The position numbers and the translations under genes were made by a program. A stretch of DNA of 46,076 bases, filler included, from Jimgerdemannia flammicorona (taxonomy: Eukaryota), in assembly GCA_003990765.1 (NCBI GenBank). It is 2 parts of 2 records of this genome, joined end to end, with 100 filler letters (N's around TTAATTAATTAA, not from the genome) between each part and the next. Parts side by side here need not be neighbours in the genome. Positions count along the whole stretch, not along the records: positions 1 to 22,995 come from RBNJ01001172.1; 1 more part is not named here. The stretch is one strand, 5' to 3'. A model generated the notes under the pieces. The model ran no database searches. It saw only the letters and a program-made list of their open reading frames with translations, and was not told the DNA's origin. Numbering within the stretch: position 1 is the stretch's first letter; each line of letters opens with the position of its first letter. Shown here one piece after another: positions 1 through 9,616 of this stretch.

Positions 1-33
<33 letters not shown>

Positions 34-656
34 GTTACTTAGACTCCATCATTTATTACCAGTCTATTAATAAGTATACAGTATTTCCTCCCACTACCCA
101 ATCTCTATAGGAGAGCCTCTTCTCATATCATCATGGATAAGAACCACCTTCTCACCCATGACCCCTACCCTCCCCCCACTCTGCCTACATATTTTCTCCA
201 CTAAGCAATGCCTTTGACCACTCTGTAACCCTCAACCAAGCTACCAGCCTGTCAAGGTGTCTTCCATAAGACAATGCCAATACACTAACTGGTCCCCCAA
301 GCCCAGTCTCTTCTCATCCTCAAAAACAAATAGCCAGTAACTGGCCAGCCCCACCCAAATTGCCAAAACCCAGCCTAAGGTAAGCCACTCCTTTCCCACC
401 CCCCCCACCAGTCTATCCCTCAAATCCTCCCACCAACTCTATGCACTATTGCCCCTACACACTATCCACAAATGATCCCCAATAGCTCACCAAAAGTCAC
501 TAAGTATCTCATAATCCCCTAGTCAATGTTCAGGCATCTACACATATCCCCCTTCCTGTCCTATATTGTGGCACTCCTCACAGTCAAAACAGTCTCCCTC
601 AATAAGGTGACCTAAGCAGAAGTTGAGCATTCCATTCCTCCTCAACATATGCTACC
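1..656 (-). mobile_element. LINE-A: 3' end of an L1/Tx1-like non-LTR retrotransposon (poly(A) tail at 1-30), cut at 656 by the Gypsy-1 insertion
   Basis: The reverse complement matches the 3' end of the LINE at 19760-20400 (3' UTR ...gactggtaataaa..gatggagtc.aagt.actat + poly(A)). It encodes the same ORF2 C-terminus (RDRLVGGVGKEWLTLGWVLAIWVGLAS). Confidence 0.93.
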
Positions 657-1121
657 TGTAACAGTTCTAGTTTCTTTAAGAGAAAGTGGCTAAATCTGGA
701 AGTTCTAGTTGGTCTAAAGTAGTTCAAAGAGATACTTAAAGGTTCAAGTATTCTTGAAAGATTTCTGGGAGAAAATATTCTGAGCTTTATTTAGGCAGAG
801 AACAAGTATATTTATATATGATCTGAAAGAAAGATCTAGAAGGATCTTGAAAAGAAAGCGAAATGCCAAGAAATAGGTTCTTAGTAAAGCTGACTAATAC
901 TATTCTACAATATTCTGAAAGGTTTCATAACTAGCTAATACAAGGTGCTTAGTACCAAGAAAAGACAAGAATGTTCTAGTAGTGTCTGGGTACTGAGAGA
1001 AGGTTTCTAAGTAAGTAAAAGGTGATAGAACATAGTAGAATGTTCAAGAAAAGACAAGAAAAGACTAACTAAAAGATGTGAAAAATGTACTAAGACTAAA
1101 TATGATTGTGAAATTATTACA
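657..1121 (-). repeat. 3' LTR of Gypsy-1 (465 bp, TGTAA...TTACA)
   Basis: Terminal inverted TGTAA/TTACA. The first ~160 bp repeat at 5566-5725 with 9 substitutions and 1 indel. Minus-strand TATAAATA at 809-816 and AATAAA at 786-791. Confidence 0.9.
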
Positions 1122-1135
1122 TCTCTCCCTCCTTA
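1122..1135 (-). promoter_or_regulatory. Polypurine tract of Gypsy-1
   Basis: Minus strand reads cttAAGGAGGGAGAGA immediately before the LTR start TGTAAT. Confidence 0.85.
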
Positions 1136-1451
1136 AGAACCAATGTCCTCATTGAGTTTTTAGGTAATATAAGACTAGATATACTTAACCAAAATTTCTC
1201 AAACTTGAATCAGCACATTGGTGAGGATTGGTCATCCTTATATAGAGCAGAGGGCCTATTACTAGACTAACCAACTGGGAGGGGTTTGAATCCAGCTAGT
1301 AGTTTCATTTTGGTAGACTTTTTGTTTATTAAATATTCTGTTGGTTCTGAGGTCCCAAAGTAAACTTCTGATACATAAGGCACTGGTCATTGCCATAGGT
1401 TGTCAATAATCTAAGAAAGTCACTACAGGGATTGAGCAATATATTTTGCCT

Positions 1452-4400
1452 CAAAGTCTTGAACTAGATCTTGAGAGTTCTTGAGATTGATCAGTAGTTC
1501 CCAGGCAGCATCATATTCAGAATAACCTATCCACTTAACTAGGTATTCAGGACAGTAGTAGTGGATTCATTTGTCAAGAATTTTCTCAGCTTCATACTCA
1601 ATATGGTCTTCAATAATCACAGGGGTGGAAGGCTTAGGAATTTGACCAGAGTAGGGTGGTAACTAGTTCCAGGTCTTGAGGTGTGATACATGAAAGACTA
1701 GATATACTCTCATGGTTTCAGGTAGCTTGAGGCAGTAGGAGGATGCAGAGACTTATTCAGTGATCTCAAAAGGTCCAATATACTTGGGTTGGAACTTGTT
1801 TAAAGGGTGGTTGACTTGAGATTATATCTTGAGGTTCTTGGTAGACAGTAGGACTTGATCTCCAATAGTATAAGTGACATTATGGTATTTCTTATCAGCA
1901 TACTTAGCTTGATACTGTTTGAATGTTCTTAACAGTCTTCTCAATTCCCAGGTAACTAGTGAGAGAGGAGTCATAGTGTTCTTGCAAAACCTTATAGCAT
2001 AGATTTATGTTTTCAAGTAGATAGTCTTGGTCTTGATGATAGATCAGATTGTTCTCAATAGTATATATATCCTTGAGTTCATTTGAGAAAACTCTAGTAA
2101 CAACTGTATCTTCTTTGTAAGCTTGCCTAATTTGGTCTAGAAATTCTGATGCCAAGGTGACTTGCATGATTGTAGCAAGATCTGGGTATCTTGATAAGGC
2201 ATCTGGTACTATAAGTATCTTCCCAGGCTTGTAGATGATCATTGGGTTGAAGGTTTGAAGCTTAAGGCTCCACTTGGCTTATAGATGTGATAGAGTAGGT
2301 TGGGTATTGATGTACTTAAGAGATTGATGATCAGTAATGACATCAAACTCAATACCTTCTAGATAGCATCACTAGTGGTCTAGTATATATATTATTGCTA
2401 GTAGTTTCTTCTCATGAGTAGCTAGCTTTTGTTCAGCTGGGGCCAGCTTGCAGGACTTGAAAGTAATAGAGTGATGTCCTTTGCCATCATCTTTTGATAG
2501 GACTGCTCCAATGGCAAAATTCAATACATTAGTGGTGACTATGAATTTTAGGCCTTAATCTGTATTATACAGGACTGGGGCATGGGTCAGGTAGTTCTTG
2601 AGTTCTTGAAAAGCTTATTGATAGAAGAGGCCCCAGGTGTAGGGTACATAGTGGTCTGAGTGTAGGGCCTTCCTCATGAGATTAGTCAGTGGCTCAGCAA
2701 TGCCAGAGAAGTTTCTGATAAAGCAGCAGTAATAGCCAGCTAGATCAAGGAAGGATCAGAGTTCTGTGAGGTTTGATGGAATGGGTCATTCTTTAATTGT
2801 TTCTATCTTGTATGGATCTACTTGAATTTCTTGTATGGAGACAATGTGGCTAAGGTATTTGACTTGTTCCTTAAAGAATTCACACTTCTTGAGCTTAGCA
2901 TAAAGCTTGTGTTTTCACAGAATCTCCAGGACTATTCAAATATATTTGAGGTATTCTTCTTTAGTTGCACTAAAGATCAGAATGTCATCAAGATATACCA
3001 ACAGGAAAATAAATAGTTAGTCCTTGAATATCTTGTTCATCAGGGTCTGGAATGTGGTAGGTGTGTTAGTGAGACCAAATACTAAGACCAGGAATTCATA
3101 GAGTCTAAAGGGGGTTATGAATGCAGTCTTGGGAATGTCTTCTGGCTTGATTTGAATCTGGTGGTATCCTGACATAAGGTCTAACTTGGTAAAGTACTTG
3201 GCATTCTTGAGAGCATCAAAGATTTGATCAATCAAGGGTAGCAGATAGTGGTTCTTGACAGTGAGTTTGTTGAGTATATGATAGTCTATGCATATTTGCA
3301 GGGTACTATCCTTCTTCTTAATAAATAAGACTGGTGAGTCATAAGGAGATTTGCTTGGCTGGATAGCTCCTCATATAAGTAGTTCTTCTAGTCCCTTCTT
3401 GACTGCTTTAATTTCAAGTAGTGACATGCAGTATATGTGTTTCTTGGGTGATACAGCTCCAGGGGTCAGTTCGATTTTATGATCAACTTCTCATATAGGT
3501 GGTAGACCAGATAGCTTGTCTGGAAAGACATTCTTGAATTCCTCTAGCAGTAGCTTGATGCTTTCATTATCTTATCTTGTTTCTTGGGGCAGATCATTAC
3601 AATAAAGGCATGTATTGCCTTCTTGAGTACTTTATTATACTATATAGCTGACAGTATTGCAATCTGGGTCTTACTCATGGTCTTGTCTGTCTTGATCATA
3701 ATGTTAGCTCTATCTTGAAGTAGGGTGACTTCATTCTTACACCAATCAATGTCTGGGTTGTGTATTGTAAGCCAGGACTTTTTTAAGATCAGGTCATAAT
3801 CTCCTAGTGGTATGACCTCAAAGTCTACTCATTCCCAATATTTCTGAATCTTGATGGGCAGTTTGGCAGCAATTGACTTGATGGAGTGTAGAGTACCATC
3901 TGCAGTAACTATACTATTGTTCTTAGGTGCAGGCTTGGTGAGGATCTTGAGGCTTTCAATGAGATTCTGATTGATGAAGTTCTCTACAACTCTACTGTCT
4001 ATAAGTACTTGAACTTCTTTTCCTTTGACTAGGCCTTTGAAAATGAGCATAGCTTGAGCTTGATTTTCACTAAGACTTGCTGCTTGATCAGTGCTACCAA
4101 AACCCTTTTGATCTCATTTGGTTTCAGGGAGTTCTTGGACTTCTGTAATCTTGAGTTGACTGGCTTTTTCCAGGATCATTTGCACAACTTGGTCTCTTTC
4201 TTTAACTGTGTAGTCTTAATCCTTCTGGTTGACAAGCAAGACTTGAACTTGTCCTCAAAAGTCTGGGTCAATGATACCAACATCTATATCCAAATGATAT
4301 TTGACACTGAGTTCTGATTATGGTGTGATTCTAGCATAATGTCCTTCAGGGCATTGAACTGCAATTCCAGTAGGTACCAAAGTATGGCCCTTGGCTAGAA

Positions 4401-5475
4401 TAGTAACTTGTTTGACTGAGTGTAGGTCAAGACCAATGGCTTCTTCTGTTTGATAATAAGGGACCTGGGTCTTCAGATAAAGCTTCTTGACCTTGAGCTT
4501 AAGTTGACTAGTAGTGGGATTGACAGGTGTATTCTTAGACAACACAGTGACTGGTCTTGAGGGTTCACTAGTCTTCCTAGGATATTTGATTGCAATGTGT
4601 CCTGTTTGGTGACAGAAAAAACAGGCTCCAGATTTCTTCAGATGGTCCTTTTCTTCAGGGGTGAGCTTGGTGTTCTTTTTGTTCATGGTATCTAAGTCTA
4701 TTGGTGCTGGGCTAACTATCCTTAGTTGGTTTCTGTGGTGGTTCTTGAAGTGGTTCTTCTTGTAGCATTCTGGTTTGAAGCAGTTGCCAAAAGTGATAAT
4801 ATCAAATCTATCAGTGATTCTCATGACTTCATCCAGAGTTTTGGGCTCTTCTAGCTTGACCTTGACTTGTGTATTTCCCTTCAGATCTCAGACATAGCAG
4901 TCTATCTTTTCATTCTCAGATACTACTAGTAGCTCAAGTAGAATTGATAAGAATTGTGCATTGTAGCTTTACACAGACTTGAGTTACTTGATGTTTGCTA
5001 GCTTGTCTCTGGCTAGCTTGATGATATTAGTAGACTTGAACTGCTTGTAAAGGGCTCTCTTGAAAGCTTCCCAATCTCTAATTTGTGCATATGAGTGTAC
5101 AGATGTAACTATAATATAATTGTGCTACCAGATGGCTGCATTTCCTTGGAGAAGTGTGGTGACAAATTGGACTTGCATGTCATCTTTCATTCTTGTAAGT
5201 TCAAAGTATTGGTCCAATTGGAAGGTCCATGTATCTATAGATAGTCCTCCTCAATGGCTGTCAAAGATATCTGGCTTAAGTGGCTTAAAACTGACTGGCA
5301 CTATAGCAGAATGTGATGTACCCACAGTTTGTGTTTTCTGCTGTTCTAGTTGTACTTGAAGTTCTTGAATTTGATGGGCTATGGCATTGATCATATCTTC
5401 TATATTGAGCTGCAATCCTCCTGCTTCTTCTATAGCAGAGGGGTCTGGCTGGTAGACTGACTCTTTGTAGCTCAT
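1452..5475 (-). pseudogene. Gypsy-1 gag-dUTPase-pol polyprotein with many stops; integrase core deleted near 1905-1920; C-terminal chromodomain at about 1452-1600
   Basis: ORF fragments 5251-5475, 4318-4824 and 3829-4050 share one frame; RT is at 3017-3235 and RNaseH/integrase N-terminus at 1904-2242. The integrase zinc-finger start (HYDS..YLGIEKT) runs straight into the C-terminal YADKK..GDQVLL..KYIGPF segment. Chromodomain reads EYEAEKILDK...YLVKWIGYSEYDAAWE. Confidence 0.9.
4085..4503 (-). pseudogene. dUTPase domain inside the Gypsy-1 polyprotein, between the nucleocapsid zinc knuckle and the protease
   Basis: All five trimeric dUTPase motifs are recognisable: AIGLDL, GHYARITP*SEL (RSGL), GIIDPDF*G, RDQVVQ (GDRIAQ), *DQKGFGSTD (RGxxGFGSTG). 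Confidence 0.9.
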
Positions 5476-5547
5476 TTTGGGTTTGTGTGACTAGTTGTGA
5501 CTGGTTTCCGAATTTGTGTGAGGTTTCTTAATAAGGCAAGATATAAT

Positions 5548-5564
5548 GACACCATTGCTATCAA
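5548..5564 (-). promoter_or_regulatory. Degenerate primer-binding site of Gypsy-1 (probably tRNA-iMet, TGGTAGC-type)
   Basis: Minus strand just inside the 5' LTR reads ttGATAGCAATGG, one G>A change away from TGGTAGC. Confidence 0.55.
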
Positions 5565-5565
5565 G

Positions 5566-5725
5566 TGTAATAGTTCTAGTTTCTTTAAGAGGAAGTGGCT
5601 AAATCTGGAAGTTCTGGTTGGCCTAAAGTAGCTCAAAGAGATACTTAAAGGTTCAAGTGTTCTTGAAGGATTTCTGGGAGAAAAATATTCTGAGCTTTAT
5701 TTCGGCAGAGAACAAGGATATTTAT
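5566..5725 (-). repeat. Partial 5' LTR of Gypsy-1, interrupted in its TATA box by Gypsy-2
   Basis: Matches 657-815 up to ...gatatttat, then switches abruptly to TGTCACA. Confidence 0.9.
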
Positions 5726-6066
5726 TGTCACATAGTGGTCACTGAGTCCTTCAAATATGCCAGATTCTCTTCAAGGTGTATCTCTTAGACTAACTCAAGT
5801 TTGTTATAAGCAAGTTCTTATTGGAGTGCCTTCTCAAGGTCTTATAGTCCTCAAACTTCTTATCTTTAACTGTCTTGTTATCTCTTAGATGGCTTGCAAG
5901 GAAGTGTGTGTAAGTGAACTTGACTGACTTTATTTCAGAGGAAATAAGAGGGGTATTTATACAAAATATAATTCAATGATTGTTAAGATATAAAGCTAAA
6001 TATAAATTCCAATAACTAAAACTACTAAGTTCCAGGGTCGGTACTGATGGTTGTACAGATTCAGGA

Positions 6067-6195
6067 TGCTGGCATTATCCAGTGTTACATCAAAATGCCG
6101 GTGCTGGAACAATTTCATGTCACCTCAGAATACCAGTGCTGGCATTATCCAGTGTTACATGAGAATACTGGTGCTGGCATTATCTAGTGTAACAA
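6067..6195. repeat. 35-bp tandem array, about 4 units (tgctggcattatccagtgttacat...), in the Gypsy-2 LTR
   Basis: Unit starts tgctgg at 6067, 6102, 6137 and 6172, an exact 35-bp period. Confidence 0.9.
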
Positions 6196-6200
6196 GGAAC

Positions 6201-7016
6201 TTAGAGCAGAAAGTTTAGGATCATGGGGGCTTCATCATCATCATCATCACTATCACTAAAGGAGATGAGCTCCGCAAACTCATTGTATAGGTCACGCATT
6301 TCGTGTATGTCACGTGGGATGATGTCATCGCCGATGACGTCATCACATTCAGTGGGGAAATCAGGAACAAGATCCGGAGCTCTCCAGTCTATGAGGTTCT
6401 CTTCCACAAAATAGGGAACAAATGTGGGGTCTTGGGGAGGTCTAACCTGGATACTTGGGCCTTGGAATACTGAGATCAATCCTTATAGGAATTGGTCTGG
6501 GTTGTCCTAGAGGATAGGATGCCAGAAGTCTTCTACTTCATCACTATTGAGAGTGATGGTGGACTGAGCTTCTGTAGCCACTCTGACTTCTAGTGCATTG
6601 ATATGGCGGGATGACAGATCTCTGAAGTCTGAGACTCTAACATACTCTAAGTTGGAGATTGACCATGGTGCATGCCTGAAGATCTGATGGATCTTCTTAG
6701 CTGTTCTTGTCTCACGTATGTCCATGGGAGTGGTATCTTATAGCTCTTGGGTGCTGGCCTGTGGGAACTCTCAGCAGAGGAGGTTTCCTATTTCATACTC
6801 CTGCCATATTTGGAGGCATTCGGTAGCAATGGTGATCCTTGTTTCCATTTCATGGCGGTAGAGGATAAAGTGATAGGGGTCTGCAGTACCCAGGTTGACA
6901 CTAGGAGTTCTTCTTGAGTGGGTCCTCATGGCTCTTCTGATGTCTTGGAACATCCTTTCTTCAACTGAGATACCTTGGTGGTTCCTTGACCTTGAGGTTT
7001 GGTGGGCAGCAGACAT
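6201..7016 (-). pseudogene. Accessory ORF (about 271 codons, unknown function, acidic tail) inside the Gypsy-2 LTR
   Basis: Track ORFs 6771-7016, 6507-6725 and 6201-6479 are one frame broken only by 4 stops (TGA, TAA, TAG, TAA) explainable by C>T/G>A changes. A TATAAAA lies about 80 nt upstream at 7097-7103 (minus). Confidence 0.8.
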
Positions 7017-7607
7017 TTCATTTGTGATAAGTCTTTGAGCTATTTTGGGATTAGTGGTTCTTGTTGGTTGCTGCTACTGCAGTTCCTTGATCCTTCTTTT
7101 ATATTCTTCAGGATGCTTGTACTGTGGTCACAATGACTCATAGTCAGTCATCATTACTCATCTCATATGCCATATGATCTTCTTGTGCTCCGATCTGGTA
7201 GCTTTGCAAGGAAAGGCTATCTCCTGTGCTGATGTCATCATTCTGGGGTCACTGTTACATCTTCCTCCTGAATAAGGATCTTCCTGAGTGTCCTTATTCA
7301 TTGGTCCAGTTCTGAAAAATTTGCTGATCCCATAACCTCTGGCAAGGGGTCGAAAAGTGTTGTTTATGAGCTGGTATCTTCCCTTTGTATTTTGGCATGA
7401 TGGTGAAGGATCACTCCCTTTATATAGAGCAAGGGCCTGATTCTGATCTTGACCAATCAGTTGATGGTTTGAACTCCTCTGACTTCGAAAGTCTTACAGA
7501 TGAGTAGTTGCCAGTGCTGTATCCCTTAGAGAATGGTCCAGACAGATAGCCTGCTGGTCATGGAACATGCTGTTACAATTCGTGGACTAGAACCTCGTGG
7601 GCAGTCA

Positions 7608-9476
7608 TCACATTTTGCTTTTTTGTATAGATTCATGGTACTTCTTGAGTCTATTCCTGTGTACTATAGTAGGCAGTATGGTCCCTGAGATTTTTCTAAG
7701 CCAGAAGGTGGTTTCCTTGATATCTTACACATAGAAGAGTCCTTCCCATTTGGGCTCCAGTTTTCGCGACCATGAGGCTTCTACCATATTTCGATACAGT
7801 AGAACCTTTTCTCCAATTCAGATGGGTTCTAGGGCCTTGTGATTCTTTTCTGCATTCTTCCTTGTCAGTACTTGTGACTTGGTGATATAATCTTCAGCCT
7901 TCTTCCTGATTTGGTGTAGTCTCCAGATTTCTGCATCAACCCATCTCCAAGTTAGGTCTAGATTTGTAGCTGAGGTTCTATCAGAATCTTCTTTTCCAAA
8001 GAGCAGCTCTCTTGGAGTAAAGTGTGTACTCTGTGACCATATATCTCATAGGACAGAGAGGGCGGTTGGGAGATAGTTATCCCAATTCTCATATGTCTCT
8101 GAGATCTTTGCTAGGATGTTCTTGAGGGTCTTGTTGGTTCTCTCTATCTGTCCATTTCCTTGAGGGTGGTACATGGTGGTCTTGATGTGCTGGATCTTGT
8201 ATTTCTGATACATTATCTCATAGAATCCATTGACAAATTCCATGCCATGGTCTGTTGTGATTTGCTTTGGTGTCTTGTAGTGGCAGATGATTTCTCGGTG
8301 CAGGAAGTCAGCTATAGAGAGGGCATTGGCTTCTTGTAATGCTCCTGTCTCTATCCATTTGGTGAAGAGATCTACAATAATTATAATATAGTGGTTTCCT
8401 GATAGTATTACTAGTAGTAGTCCAATGATATCCATTGCAATGTGGTAGAAGGAGATAGGCTCAATTCTTGATGACCCGGGTACCTGGTCTTACTGATCTT
8501 GATTCTGTTTTTGGCACTTGTTACACCCTTTGACAAATTGGCACAGGTCTTCTTCCATCTTGGGCCACCACATAGTTCTTCTTGCCTTGTCATATGTATT
8601 GGTTCCTCCTAGGTGTTCTTGCTCATATACTTCCTTCATTACTTGATACTTCTTGTGTTCAGGTATTACTAGCTTTCCTCCTTTTCTGAGTATAGTGTTG
8701 TCTATTTCAAACTGTTTCCAAGTCCGGTTGATGATGGTGATTGTCCAGGGTTCGAGGTAGTTGAGTATCTTTCACTACTCAAGATAGCTGATTAATCCAT
8801 AGTATAGCTCTTTATTCATGTTGAATGGTCTTGATGGGGGTGTTTTGGGGTGTCCTTGAGAGTGCATCAGCATTGGTATTGGTCTTTCCTGAGCGGTGCT
8901 TGACAGTACAGTCATACTCTTGCAGCCTGTAGATCTATCTGGCATATATTCCTTTGGAGTTCAGAGTGTGGAATAGCCAGGCAAGAGCAAAGTGGTCTGT
9001 TTGAATGGTGAAGTGTTTCCTGGCTAGGTAGTAGTGGAACTTGTCTACTGCCCAAACTACTACTAAGCATTCAAGCTTGCATGACTCGTAGTTCTGTTCT
9101 GCTCCATGGGTACCTCAGCTTATATAGGTGATGACATATTTATGTCCATCTTTCTTCTGAGCTAGGACTGCTCCAAGTCCTATAGCACTCACATCTGTCT
9201 GCAGGATGAATTCTAGGTTCCAATCTGGTCTTCTGAGAATAGGTGCTTGGGTCAACCTAGTCTTGAGTTCATTGAAGGTTTTTTGGTGCTCCTTGGTCTA
9301 TTCAAATTTGGTCTTCTTCTTCAGTAGCTTGTAGATAGGTGCTGCAATATTGGAGTATTCTTTGATGAATCTTCTGTAGTAGCTGGCCAGTCCAAGGAAG
9401 GCATGGACTTCTGTGGTTGTTCTGGGTCTCAGGTAGGCTGCAACAGCCTCAATCTTCATAGGGTCTGTGTGGATTC
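7608..9476 (-). pseudogene. Gypsy-2 pol remnant (RT C-terminus, RNase H, integrase)
   Basis: Integrase core in ORF 8046-8435; zinc-finger region HLGGTNTY...CQKQ; terminal VHRNRLKKY. Confidence 0.9.
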
Positions 9477-9616
9477 TGGTCAGATTTATTCACTCTTATC
9501 TCTTTTTTTTTTTTTTATAGTCACTTGGACTTCAACTTTATTTCTACTATTATAATGATAATGACAATTAGCTCTATAGATAAAAATTACATAATCTTAT
9601 AAGAATCTACAACCTC

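Larger units (their letters stand above)
657..5725 (-). mobile_element. Gypsy-1: degenerate Ty3/Gypsy chromovirus (gag-CCHC-dUTPase-protease-RT-RNaseH-partial integrase-chromodomain)
   Basis: Two LTR copies begin tgtaa(c/t)agttctagtttctttaag at 657 and 5566. PPT and a decayed PBS are present. Motifs seen: CFFCHQTGHIAIK, VLIDS, KLDLMSGYHQI..KTAFITP, YLDDILIF, DALSR, YLVKWIGY. Confidence 0.95.
5726..7259 (-). repeat. Putative 3' LTR of Gypsy-2 (1534 bp, TGTAACA...TGTGACA)
   Basis: Preceded on the minus strand by aggacactc...cttattcAGGAGGAAGA, the same pre-LTR pattern as Gypsy-1. Termini are inverted. TATAAATA at 5954-5961 and AATAAA at 5929-5934. The second copy is not in the window, so the inner boundary rests on the PPT. 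Confidence 0.7.
5726..9476 (-). mobile_element. Gypsy-2: 3' half of a non-chromodomain Ty3/Gypsy element (RT end, RNase H, integrase, 1.5-kb 3' LTR)
   Basis: Motifs IHTDPMKIEAV, FLGLASYYRRFI, LQTDVSAIGLGAVL, NADALSR, and integrase MDIIG...TDHGMEF...YHPQGNGQIERTNKTLK, PKWEGL. PPT at 7260-7269. Confidence 0.92.

Noticed and set aside
6067..6195. 35-bp periodic repeats as a CRISPR array
   Set aside because: Units are contiguous tandem copies without unique spacers, they lie in a eukaryotic LTR, and no cas genes are present.
6201..7016. Accessory ORF as an env gene
   Set aside because: No signal peptide, TM helix or furin-type site is visible, and it is short and acidic.
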